A DNA stretch of 62,676 nucleotides, filler included, from Sphacelaria rigidula (Eukaryota): NCBI GenBank assembly GCA_964200075.2. It is 7 parts of 7 records of this genome, joined end to end, with 100 filler letters (N's around TTAATTAATTAA, not from the genome) between each part and the next. Parts side by side here need not be neighbours in the genome. Positions count along the whole stretch, not along the records: positions 44,843 to 53,709 come from CAXNAA020009893.1; positions 53,810 to 62,676 come from CAXNAA020009894.1; 5 more parts are not named here. One strand, written 5' to 3'. Under the pieces are notes generated by a model. That model was not told the origin of the DNA. It did not search any database and saw only the letters and a list, made by a program, of their open reading frames with translations. A program made the position numbers and the translations under genes. Shown here piece after piece: positions 52,166 to 62,676 of this stretch. The stretch's first letter is position 1, and each line of letters opens with the position of its first letter.

Positions 52166-52616
52166 GACAACGACACCCGTCTCCGCCTTTTGGGGGTATG
52201 CACGTCGGCCTGCCCAGAGTGTGGTTCTTCTGTAGAGGTGGGTAGCGCCGGCCGTTGCCCCCCCAAGAGGAATCCCGGCAGCATTTCCGCGATACCTCCT
52301 CCTCGCGCCGTAGACTGTCAGCGACTGCGTCGGCGGGTGCCGCCCGCTGCCGACGGCATACGCTCGCCGACGGCGTCAGGTGTGCCATCGCTGGTGATAC
52401 CGGGCGACGGTGCATCGCCGGAAGTGGCATCACGATCACACCGCGCCAAGTGGGGTGAACGCTGGACCGCCGCGTCCCTCCTCTCATCCGCCGACATACA
52501 GCCGGGTGGGCAGGTGGGGGGGGGGGGGGGGTTTCGCTTCCGCCACTGGATAGGGGGGCCCCGAGGTCGGGAGAGGGGCGGGGGGGGNNNNNNNNNNCCC
52601 CCCGCCCGCCCAACCA

Positions 52617-52650
<34 letters not shown>

Positions 52651-53653
52651 GTTCCGCTTCCGCTACTGGATATGGCGGCCCCTCTTCGCCGATGCCCACT
52701 GTTCCTCCGCTTCAATCGTTCCCAACTGCGCTCGATGGCATACACGACGACAGCATAAGCAGCACGGGTGACATGCGGCGCGGGGGGTGGATCGTGATCG
52801 TCGCATCGACGGTACGTCAATCACGCGGACAGGAGTCGTACTCAATCAGCCGTGGGTCACAGCAATTTCCAATTATGGGTCGCAGCTATAGCTATGGCAT
52901 ATTCGGCAACAGACAGTAGGTATAGTAGGCCCTACGCAAGATACCCAGTCACAATATTTGCTTCTGCACGGAGCTCGTTGTGCGTGGTGCAGATCGTAAA
53001 CGGAACCTAGCGCACGTGCTGCGTTTGCTGCCGCGCGGATGACTTGAAAGCGCACGACGGCCGTGTGCTGAGTGCTGCATTCATCATGTGGTTTAGCGAC
53101 ACATGGTAGCCTTCCTTCGCCGACACGTAGCTGTTGACAACTAGCACACGCCACACAAATTAGGACAAGGACAAGCGACATTTCGGCGCACTGGAAGTCT
53201 TATTTTTTCAGTCGGGCTACCAAGATTCTCCCGCACCAGCATTAATCTCGGACCTCAGTTGTTTGCCTAGACTCTCCTCCATTGAAATCTTGACACAGGA
53301 CCCCAGCAGATCGCTTATCGGAATCTTAACTGGTGGGGCGCATGGTGCTTCGCAATCGCAAGCGGCTGATCGAGGGAAAAAGTGTGGCATCCACGCGTCG
53401 GAGCGGGCGCAAGCGTTTCTTGTCGAGGGTTGTCATGCACGACACACGGGATTTTACAAATTGGGGGTGGAGGTTTCATTGGGGATGAAAACCCGGAGAA
53501 TTACAATCTTCGTATCCACACAAAATCTTCGAGGTACGGGTCAATTTCTTCACTTGCTGGTAGCTATTGACAACGACTACACACCCAACTAAATATGATT
53601 ACAAAAACCGAAATATCGGGGTCCTAGGCGAAAGAACGAGTCATCCTACGATA

Positions 53654-53709
53654 GGGGGGGCGTACTCATTTGTTGCTTGCCTTAGTCATTTGACCATTGA
53701 CCACGCATC
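53654..53709 (+). mobile_element. Putative SINE copy, cut by a gap
   Basis: gggggggcgtactcatttgttgcttgccttagtcatttgaccattgaccacgcatc. Confidence 0.6.
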
Positions 53710-56682
53710 NNNNNNNNNNNNNNNNNNNNNNNNNNNNNNNNNNNNNNNNNNNNTTAATTAATTAANNNNNNNNNNNNNNNNNNNNNNNNNNNNNNNNNNN
53801 NNNNNNNNNGTTGCTGCTTTAAACGACGATCTCACTCGGAATTTCGAGCAACAAATGGCCCGAAATACCCCCCCCCCCCCATCGTAGGATGACTCGAATA
53901 TTTTTTTTCGTGTACAGTAGCACGCGGGTGGTAAAATCACGTAGAGGAGGAATAATATGATTGATACTGGGCGTATTTGGTGGCGTGTATGTTTGATTTT
54001 TTTAATTTGATTAGTTTCAGCGACTGGATTCCTTTTGTTCGCGAAAATATATTTGAGGAACGGTTCGTCATGTAATGAATCTGTGAAACGATTGGATTGG
54101 GGCAAGGTCAGGACCAGTAGAAAAGAAATGATCGCGTATTTATTGCAACCCTTTCGGAGGTACTCCGGGCAGTGTGTCGGTTCACGGCCATCGCCGCACC
54201 GACACTCATGTCGAGATCTCACACTGCTGTGCTTACAACACAATGTTATAATGATAGTGTAGCTAATGCACTGGCTGAGGCCTCTCAGTACGAGTACCAG
54301 GAGATACCATTGGGTCCAGCTGACCCAAGCTCCCATGTGGGCACAACGTACGACCTATAGCTATCCACCAAGAACAATCACATAGTAGGCTCATCCATGT
54401 GCAGACTCTTGACTAGGAACTCACGTGTTTCATAGCGTCATGTTATATCTGCAAGTCTCTCTTGCTCAGTAAAGCCGGGGCGTAGCCACAGGAGCAGAGC
54501 GAAGTGATGGCTCAGGGTAGAGACGAAGGCAAAGCCGGTAACTGATTGAGATGGGTCAACGCTATGTGGCGAAGCCAGAACAATCCCAACTATTGACAAT
54601 AGCAAACGCGATAACAACGCGTCACGGAACTCAGGGTCTACGAGCAGACCCGCACAGCGTATATCTTGCAACGTCTCCGAGCTTCATCACACTAGCTCAT
54701 CCTAGACGAGTCATTATGCAGTTGAATCATCATCACCTCGGCACAATGATATTGCGCCGAGGAACTTCAAAATTCAACGAGAAATGGCTCTTCTGAGCAA
54801 TGCTACGATATGGGTGCACGTTTTTGCGAAATTATGTCTAGTTCAGGGGCTGCTAACGATTATAGATGCACGAAAATATGGATCAGGACATCCCCGTTTG
54901 CAAATTTATTCGGGATGTCTCCAGCACATTGGAAAAGTAATCCTGGCGTACTTTCACATATGTTCATAGGTCGTGTTTTGCATGAGATAAGGGGCTTTTA
55001 ACAATTCTAACCTCAGGAAATATTTCTGCACCCCTAGCGTAGCATCACTCTTCTACACTACACTCGTACAAAAGCATGAAGCGAAGAAAAAAAAAACCTC
55101 TCCCACACCTCTGAAAGGCGAGCATCGCTGCGATCCGACACATCATCAAACGTTCAATCCACGAAAAGGAAGACGTTGTATCTACGTGACACTCACGCAC
55201 CTATGTTGAACAAGACAACACACACGCAAGTCCATCGACAAAGTAAAGCACTAAATGGTACGCACGCGTAGACTTCATATACCAACGGAACAAGAATGGG
55301 ATGCCAGACAATCCGGGAAGAGAGGAGGGAAAACGCAGTTGTGGTAAAGCATCGCGGCAATTGCTTTGGTCGGACGCAGATCCAAGTGAGCTCCACGCCT
55401 TTGTTCGATTCTGTCCCGACACATCCGTCGCGTATAGCGAGAGTGGCACTCCGCTCGTTTCCGTGGCAGGGCGTTCGAAGTATCAAACCTGCCTTGAAAA
55501 AGGCGTGCCGCGTGAAGTACAATGCGATGGGGGGGGGGAAGCTACGCAGCAACAGGGAGATAGAAGCGGGGATGCAGCCGAGGTTCAGGCTTGGTGTGCC
55601 CTAAGTGCGACATGCAAAATCCTGTGGGAGGAGGCACGAGCCGATTCAAGACGATCTCAGGGTTAAAAGCCAAGGGCCATTGGTGGGAACTTTACGTTCA
55701 GCCCGGTGGATCAACTATCGCGTGTTATGAGCAAAACTTGATGTCAAATAAAAACCAATCCGTCAGGACGCAATACCCAACTCAAAGCAATCGTCCGGCG
55801 GAGATACGGCCTACAACAGGGGCGGTATGATGGGTCATTCCCGGGGGAACATTGGACCACGAGCAACGGAACGACACAAGAGAACACACCCGTGTCGCCA
55901 GCTGACCAGGCTGCTCCACGGGATAGGGGAAAAACAAACAAACGAACGCATCCGGATGAATTATCGAAATGCAGTAACTCTCTTCAACCTGAAACAGTCG
56001 TCGGGCATCAATATGGCCTACAACAAGGGCGGTATCATTAGCAGTACACGGTGTAACCAAGGACCCGTGCAACTAGACGATGTAAGGGAATACTCCCGTG
56101 TGGCGAGCTCTCTTGGCTGGCGGCGGGGGGTTGAGCAGTGGACTCTTTCTACGATAGCCCCCCCCCTAAAAAAGTGCATGGTTTTGGGAGGCAAAATCTT
56201 CACGTAAATCGAAATGGGAAAAGCTGAGCACAACGAGCAGCTGGGGAATTCTCACGACTGGATTCGTTCTAGCCAGTATTGCTAATATGAGGCGCTTCAT
56301 GCAGCCTGAACTCAAGCATCAGCCGCTGTATGCTCATTTGTTTCGTGACACTTTTGGCTGGCTTTGGGGGGGGGGCTATCGTTGAAAGTGTCAGTGACCG
56401 CAACAACCACACCCAGAAAATAAGTAATCAATTTTCCAAGCATGCGAGGAGGCTGGACTAAATCTACAGTCCTCTCATCGCGTAAAGGAATCTCGAAGAC
56501 AAAAAATAAAAAATAAATGACACTAGATGCTCAGGGGACACGGACAGAGATGCGACAGCGACAAGAAATATGAGTACGGGTACTAGAAACGCAGTCACCA
56601 ATGAGGCGAACTCAGCATAAGGAAACACGATACCAAATCCTGTGAAGGGCTACAATGAAGCAAAGGGGAGGGAGGGGGGGGG

Positions 56683-57470
56683 GCTACGATCTGGTATCTG
56701 ACCAGATCGGATTGGGGGAACTGAATCCGCCAAGGTGAGGGGGGCTACGAACTGATATCGGACCAGATCGGATTAGGGTTCTGAAATCCGTCAAGGGGAG
56801 CTCATCGCTCGCCGCATCGCCGAGGGATGCGGACGGTGTGTTGTAGAAACTCAAGTCAAGCTTACGATGCAACCGGTGTTGGGGGGTACGATCTGATATC
56901 TGACCAGATCGGGGTGGTGGTGCTGGGAAGCAGCCCGAGCAGCGGCATATGGAGTGGGTACGTGGGCTGTGTCCGAAGGCGTCTCCTTTACCAGGCGAAA
57001 TGTTTGAGCTCGAGTATTATTTCCTTCGTACAGCAAAAGATTTTCCTTTGCACCGGTAAGGAGGGGCATGGTGCGCTAGAAAGGCCTGCGCGGTTACGGA
57101 ACCATTTCTCTCTCCTTGACAAGAGGCGGGTACCATCTAATACTACAAGGAAAAGCTCAATCAGGCCGGACTGAAGTTATGTAAAAAATCGTGGGGTGGT
57201 CACGCAAAACTCGTGGGCTTCCATCAGAGGGTACGTTTTGTCGCTGAAACCATAATACTCTAGGGAGGAGTCATCTGTAAATACAGGAAAAGGTCAATCA
57301 GGCCTGACTGAAGTGATGTGGGCGAGCATCGGGGAAGGCCAACAAACTTGTGGGCTCACATCCGAAGCCCAATTTCTTATGGAAGGCCATCAAACTCGTG
57401 GGCTTACTTCCGCCAATTGTTTTGAAAGGCCAACAAACTCGTGGTCTTACATCCGAAGGCAAATTTGTAG
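56683..57470. repeat. Short internal repeats: three palindromic ~35-bp units (56683-56912) and AACTCGTGGGCTT-type units (57150-57470)
   Basis: tacgatctg.tatctgaccagatcgg-like unit occurs three times; aaactYgtggKct occurs at least four times; tcaatcaggcc.gactgaagt occurs twice. Confidence 0.75.
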
Positions 57471-58002
57471 TGGTGCCTTTGACGGAAAACAAAATACATA
57501 CACCATGACAAGGAAATCGGTGGGGCGGTGTTGTCCCAGAATGGCGAAAATCAACTACTGTAGACTCGAATCAGTTGTACCAACGTCAACAACGCGACGT
57601 ACGGTATTATATGCGTGTGCTGTCACAGGGGAGCTTTTGTTTCCACGACTAACGGTTCAGCTTCCCACACCTCAGAACCATACTGCGCGGTGGGGTGCCA
57701 CAACACACGGAAGGCGGGGGGGAAGGGGGGGTGGGTTGCGCATCTACCAATATCTGGGGTGCTCGCCAAGGTACAGGGGGGGGGGGGTTAATTCGGCACA
57801 AGGCAAATCAACCATATGCTACTACAGCATGACCCATCAAAATCAACCATTAACCACCACCAAAGTAACAGTGATCGGCGGGCACACAGTATGCACGTGG
57901 CACAGTGGCGCGTGCGATACCCTGTTCGAAAGCAGAGTGGACGCACTGTAATGAGACAGAGTTACGGTTGGCTACATGCACAAGGCGGAAGTTGAATGCA
58001 AT

Positions 58003-58100
58003 TCTGGCCAAATCGCCGCGTAGTCGGGAGACCAACAAAGTGTGTCACCATGGCAAATCGCCGCGTAGTCGGGAGACCGACAAAGTGCGTCACCATGGCA
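58003..58100 (+). repeat. Tandem duplication, 2 x ~45 bp
   Basis: caaatcgccgcgtagtcgggagacc.acaaagtg.gtcaccatggca repeated twice. Confidence 0.9.
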
Positions 58101-58749
58101 CTTACACGTATGTGTAAACAAGCGGGAACAGGACCAAAGGGCAGCTACAGCAAATCGCTCAGCAGCTAAAAGCAGTGTACCAACGGGGGGACAGATGCGT
58201 ATCATTATAACGCGAAGCGGAGTCAACGTACAGCAGTCTCTACTACTGTTGTACAATGCAACCGAACCCAGAGAGATATGACGCCCTTGCAACCAGAATA
58301 GCACAAGGACGCCTCACAAAATGCTAGTAAAAAACGCAAAAAATGAAAGCGAGTTACTAACTACAGCTTGAGCAGAAAACACAACGCCAAGCAACACAAT
58401 GACCTCCTAACCAAGCAGAACAAGGTCCGTTTATCGACGCCAAAAGTTATAATGATAGTGTAGCTAATGCACTGGCTGAGGCCTCTCAGTACGAGTACCA
58501 GGAGATACCATTGGGTCCAGCTGACCCAAGCTCCCGCGTGGGCACAACGTACGACCTATAGCTATCCACCAAGAACAATCACATAGTAGGCTCATCCATG
58601 TGCAGACTCTTGACTAGGAACTCACGTGTTTCATAGCGTCATGTTATATCTACAAGTCTCTCTTGCTCAGTAAAGCCGGGGCGCAGCCACAGGAGCATAT
58701 GACCGCGTAGATACTTAATCAGCCCATGTCACCGACTCTGTGAGCTTAC

Positions 58750-59440
58750 GGCGCTTGTAATGCGTGAGAGCACCGCGTGCGTAGATGACCGCGCCGTAGT
58801 CCAAAACACCCCAGGATCGACATTTTTCGAAACCAGTCGGGCCAGCCCCTGCAGGAACCACGCCCCTGACCCTAACCCCAACACTAACCCTAACCCCCCA
58901 ACCATAGAGAAATCCAAATTCAGATGCGGTCCTCGAAGCACGCGATCCTCTCACGCATTACAGCGCTGACCGAAACCATCGTTTCCCCTGATATCACCCC
59001 TCCCCCTTGAAAATCGACACAATCAAGATGTACCGGGACAGGATCTGCTTGATAAATTTAGCAGGTTAAACCCGCATTGCCAGCCAAACCCCCCACACAC
59101 AGATTAGGATAACCCTAAGTGAATTGAAAGAAGCGCGACTATGGCCAAGTGTTAAAACTCGGCACTGGCCCAAAATCGAAGGCCTCTCCACAATCAGACA
59201 GAGGGCTACACACGCGGCGATTTGGCGACACTGTAATGCGTGAGAGGACCGCGTGCTCAGAGGACCGCGCGGTAGTTCACAGCACCTCAGGATCGACGTT
59301 TTTCGAAACCAATCGGACCAGTCCCTGCAAGTACCACACCCCTGACCATAACCCTAACACTAACCCTAACCCTAACCCTAACCATAGGGACGTTCAAATT
59401 CCGATGCGGTCCTCTAAGCACGCGGTCCTCTCACGCACTA
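58750..59440. mobile_element. Two ~210-bp foldback units (58750-58968 and 59232-59440), each enclosing CCCTAA telomere-like repeats
   Basis: tgtaatgcgtgagag..cgcgtgc...gaccgc pairs with gcggtc...gcacgcg..ctctcacgcattaca; taaccctaaccc lies between the arms. The two units are direct repeats of each other. Confidence 0.75.
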
Positions 59441-60065
59441 CAACACCCCGAAATGCCTCCGGAGGGATGCACGGCCCTCCAGGGGGGAAACAAGCTTCCG
59501 GGGGCGCTTAATCCCTCCTGAGGAAACAAAAAAATGTCCTCTGGAGGGCCGCGCACCTCTCCGGAAGCGTTTAATGCCCCTGGAGGCTTGAAAAGTTTAC
59601 CCACCTGGATAAATTTGGAGGTAGCCAAATGGCCGCGTGTGTAAAACATGAGACAAGTCCTGTTTCACCACTGTACCTCAGCAAAAACACTCAAGCCCTC
59701 TCTGATGTGTTGGAGCTTCCACTGAATTCCGTTGTGCTATGTTCACACACTGTGAAGACGGTTTGGATTGCGTGAGTTGTGATGTTGTCGTTGTGTTCGT
59801 CTCTGCAGAAAACAATGTTAGTCGGCACGCAGTGCTGGCTGCACACTGTTGAGAACTTCATGGGTGTGTCGACTGTTTCGTCTATATTAGGACGAACGAC
59901 GCTGTCCGTTGCTGCGACACTCCTGCTGGTGCCGTGCGTTGGGCGCCTGTACTGTACCGTACTACGGTATTGTGCTCAGTGTACAATACTGTGTATTTTC
60001 TATGATAACGTGGATTCTCGAAAATGGGGTCGAAAAAAAAAGGTTCCCTGACTCAAAAGCCGTGC

Positions 60066-60355
60066 TTTCCCTGACTTAAATTCATGACATATGACTTTCA
60101 CATGGACCACCCCATGTCTCCTGACCTCCCAAAAACTATTTCGAGGGATTTCTAGCCTTCCGTCCCCCCAACCGTTATCTGCGAAAGCACGATTTCGGGG
60201 ACATTTTTATATTTTTCAGCCCAAACTCGAGACAAGAATGTGCTTTCGCACGTACCCCTTGGTGGAATGGAAGACTACAAATCCCTCGAGATAGTTTTAG
60301 GGAGGTTGGGAGGGATGAAGTGGTACGTATAAAAGTCATTTTGTCATCAGGAAGG
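60066..60355. mobile_element. Foldback/MITE with ~120-bp diverged inverted arms
   Basis: cctcccaaaaactatttcgagggatttctagccttcc matches the reverse complement of ggaagactacaaatccctcgagatagttttagggagg; pairing extends over 60084-60347. Confidence 0.8.
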
Positions 60356-62676
60356 ATAATAGAGAGGCGCCATTTGTTCCTACAGACAATTTCGGGGCAG
60401 GTAGGCTCACAGATCATTTCGATCTGTCCATTGCCGCTGGGGAACGTCGGTGGGCAGACTGTGTGCAGACGGGTGTACCCTAGCCCCGAGAAGGTGAAAC
60501 GCCTTCTCGGGCCGAGTTCAGATAGGTTGCGTTGTATGTACCTCATGCACCCGTGATCACCCTTGAGCTGTCCTCCGAGCCGGACCATTCTACTCCTGCT
60601 GCTTCCCGTTGGTGAGAACAGTACGCTAGGCGAGCAAGAGAATAACAAGTGAGGACTACAAGATATCGAGCCTTCGAGCTCCTTTGTTTATTTGCTACTG
60701 TTGATCAACAATCACGAGAACCTGTGTGTGTGAGTCACATATTTGCAGCTTGTTCTTCCCGGACACATTGCACTTTGTGCACCTTACCAAGCCTGCAGCA
60801 CATTGATCTATACGTAGGAAGGTGTGTGGAGCATGTCCATACCTACCCTTATTACACTGGCGTTGACTAATTGGCCGTATCTTGGTTTTTCAGTAGCCGT
60901 TCACGCGTATTCCTGTAGCCTTGTTGCCTTGTCTAGCTGTCTCCTTCTGTAGCCCATGTTTGCTGCTTCTCATGTTTGGTTCACCCTGTACTTTCCCTTT
61001 TGTTTGTAGCAGTTTTCTTTTTACAGCCCCTTGGTTTTCATTTAGCCTTTAGAGCGCTTTCTTTTTGCGGTGTTGCAGTACGGTAGTTCATTCCTGCAGT
61101 TATGTTTTCCCCGCAGCAGCCAAAATTGCGCCTCCGCCGCTGGCGCACTCTGTCTGTCTCCTTCTCCTGCTTAGGTCGCTCCTTATCCTGAGCCGCACTC
61201 TTGATCTGTAGTGCCCTTGCTCCCTTGTCGTTGTCCTCCTGCTCCGCACTACTCGACAAATTCCTACGGCGCTGTACCAAATTTCTCGTTGTGCCCCTTG
61301 CAGGCAGTTGACATTATACCTTACTGGACAGATCTAGAACGCGCCGCTTTTATCTCACGGCACGAGCGACTACCTTTTTATCCTTGCTGGACGTTGACAT
61401 TTGTGTACCGCTGCTGTGTCTATCGTGCGGTGTCCCCTCACCCTGACTGCTTTACTGTTTAGTTCACCGCTTACAATCCACACGCTCATCTTTTCGGTGC
61501 GACAACTGTGTAGTAGCATGTGCCGCTCCACCCTCTTGCAGTACTGTAGTGCACATTATCTATTCTTCCGCACATTGTCGGTTCTTCCGATTACACGGCA
61601 CCTTCCCCGATTACTCCCTTGTTATGGTATTTGAAGGTACTGGCGTCGATAAGGTACCGTGGCGTTGTGTACATCAGATGTCAGAGTAAATGAAGGTTGG
61701 ATATGACTCTTGGTCGGCTGCCGTGGCTCGTCAGCTTGTTGGAAGATACAGATATACAATGTGTTCTGGATAGTCGATGGGAGATAAAATATGGCTGATG
61801 TCTGCACATTGAATAATCATGTGCACAACGAAGGGTATTCCAGGAACGCTCGTTGGATGGAGGATCTCTGCTCTTTGGTTATTGTGTTATGGTTTGATGG
61901 GGATGTAATTCCTGCGTAAGGTGGTTACACCATCGCTCCGAGCGCATCTGAGCTCACCTCATTTTGGGCCCAGGATAACATCAGCCTTGCCGCTGTTGCT
62001 CTGAGTTCCAAGTGAGTCCTTACCGGAGAGTTGTGATCCTGGGAAAACTGCTGGCTCCGGTTCGTATTGTGAATTAGAAAGAGATAATCTATTTTGTTTG
62101 TGTGGACACCTGGATTCGATTACTGCTGCTGTCACAGTATTGGGTCTGTATTGATTTACTGCACTCTGCTGAGCGCTTTGAAACCTAGCTCCCACAGCTT
62201 GAGTCTCTGTTCGTGAGGACATCAGGGCAAAGGTGGACTGAGGCTGCCTTCTCCAAGGCGATTAGTCTTAAGTTCATTATATATGGGGCTTCAGCTGGGA
62301 TCTGTATTGAGATACTGCACTCTGCTGAGCGCGTTGTAACCTAGCTCCCACAGCTTGAGCCTCTGTTCGTGAGAACATCAGGGCAAAGGTGGACTGATGC
62401 TGCCTTCTCCATAGCGATTAGTCTCAAGTTCATAATACCCTCGTGTCGGTGCTGTTCTTCTGTCACCGCACACCCCCTCGGGTTTATACAACATCCCAGC
62501 CCCGCTTCTCAAACTTTCTGGCGGGTGTATACTCCGCGATCGACTTTCATCTTTCACACGTCGACAGATAGCACCCTGTGAAGGGGGCCTACAGGGTTTA
62601 CGTACCCTGCGTAGTGTTTCTGGCGGGAGTTTTACTGTACAGTATCTTCCAGCGTAGCACAGGACGCTCCACAGGG
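60356..62676 (-). mobile_element. Decayed, internally deleted Gypsy-like remnant with probable LTR from ~62461 to the window end
   Basis: Integrase-like FPSGNGQIE (~60430), a degenerate knuckle-like NFGCCGE after a basic stretch (~61115), a tandem duplication (62157-62278 and 62313-62433) and a candidate LTR edge ...GTGACA at 62461. Confidence 0.45.

Larger units (their letters stand above)
54244..58697 (-). mobile_element. Non-coding element bounded by 252-bp direct repeats (54245-54496 and 58446-58697); probable non-autonomous LTR element
   Basis: The repeats differ at four positions by my count. The left copy reads TG...CA. On the minus strand the right copy is followed by TTTTGGCGTCGATAAACGG, a PBS-like TGG start. 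No gag/pol motifs inside; no clear PPT or target-site duplication. Confidence 0.65.

Noticed and set aside
49790-52820. Long alternative ORFs (253, 348, 331 aa) over the Academ-like locus
   Set aside because: Expected in GC-rich sequence, no motifs, and two of them run through G runs and an N gap.
52840-53230. Candidate Academ termini ending in CTA (~52888 and ~53219)
   Set aside because: No matching inverted copy found on the other side within the contig.
55301-55830. F-box-like WCALSATCKILW and Zn-ribbon-like CPKC inside the direct-repeat element
   Set aside because: The two readings overlap in different frames, each is only a few residues, and neither has supporting context.
57150-57470. 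CRISPR-like spaced repeats (also considered for 37569-39335)
   Set aside because: Repeats are short and degenerate, spacers are irregular and partly repeated, no cas genes, and the context is eukaryotic.
61641-61652. TGGCGTCGATAA identical to the PBS-like motif near 58430-58441
   Set aside because: A single 12-mer with no adjacent LTR copy; could be chance.

Overview
Eukaryotic, intron-rich and repeat-rich DNA, most consistent with a brown alga or another photosynthetic stramenopile. That assignment is an inference from the gene structure and an ASAF-like bipartite plastid leader on BolA. The window is at least seven contigs joined by artificial 100-nt N...TTAATTAATTAA...N spacers, so adjacency across gaps is not guaranteed. 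Host genes reconstructed from splice signals and reading-frame phase: an unidentified multi-exon gene with a UIM-like, Glu-rich exon (+, ~1.5-7.9 kb); the 3' four exons of eEF1B-gamma (-, 11.0-17.8 kb); the 5' four coding exons of an APC-family amino-acid/polyamine permease (-, 19.5-23.5 kb); and exon 1 of a probably plastid-targeted BolA (+, 24.3 kb), head-to-head with the permease. The rest is mostly mobile DNA: two Copia and three decayed Gypsy remnants (partly nested), a LINE endonuclease fragment, retroposon 3' ends, a putative tRNA-derived SINE, several MITE/foldback elements and a young non-coding element bounded by 252-bp direct repeats. The most notable item is a nearly intact ~5.4-kb minus-strand locus (46.8-52.2 kb) encoding a ~1,800-aa protein with the AcademX architecture: Zn finger, Academ DDE transposase, XPG/FEN-like nuclease and a C-terminal Cys cluster. 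No database searches were possible; all family calls rest on motif recognition.
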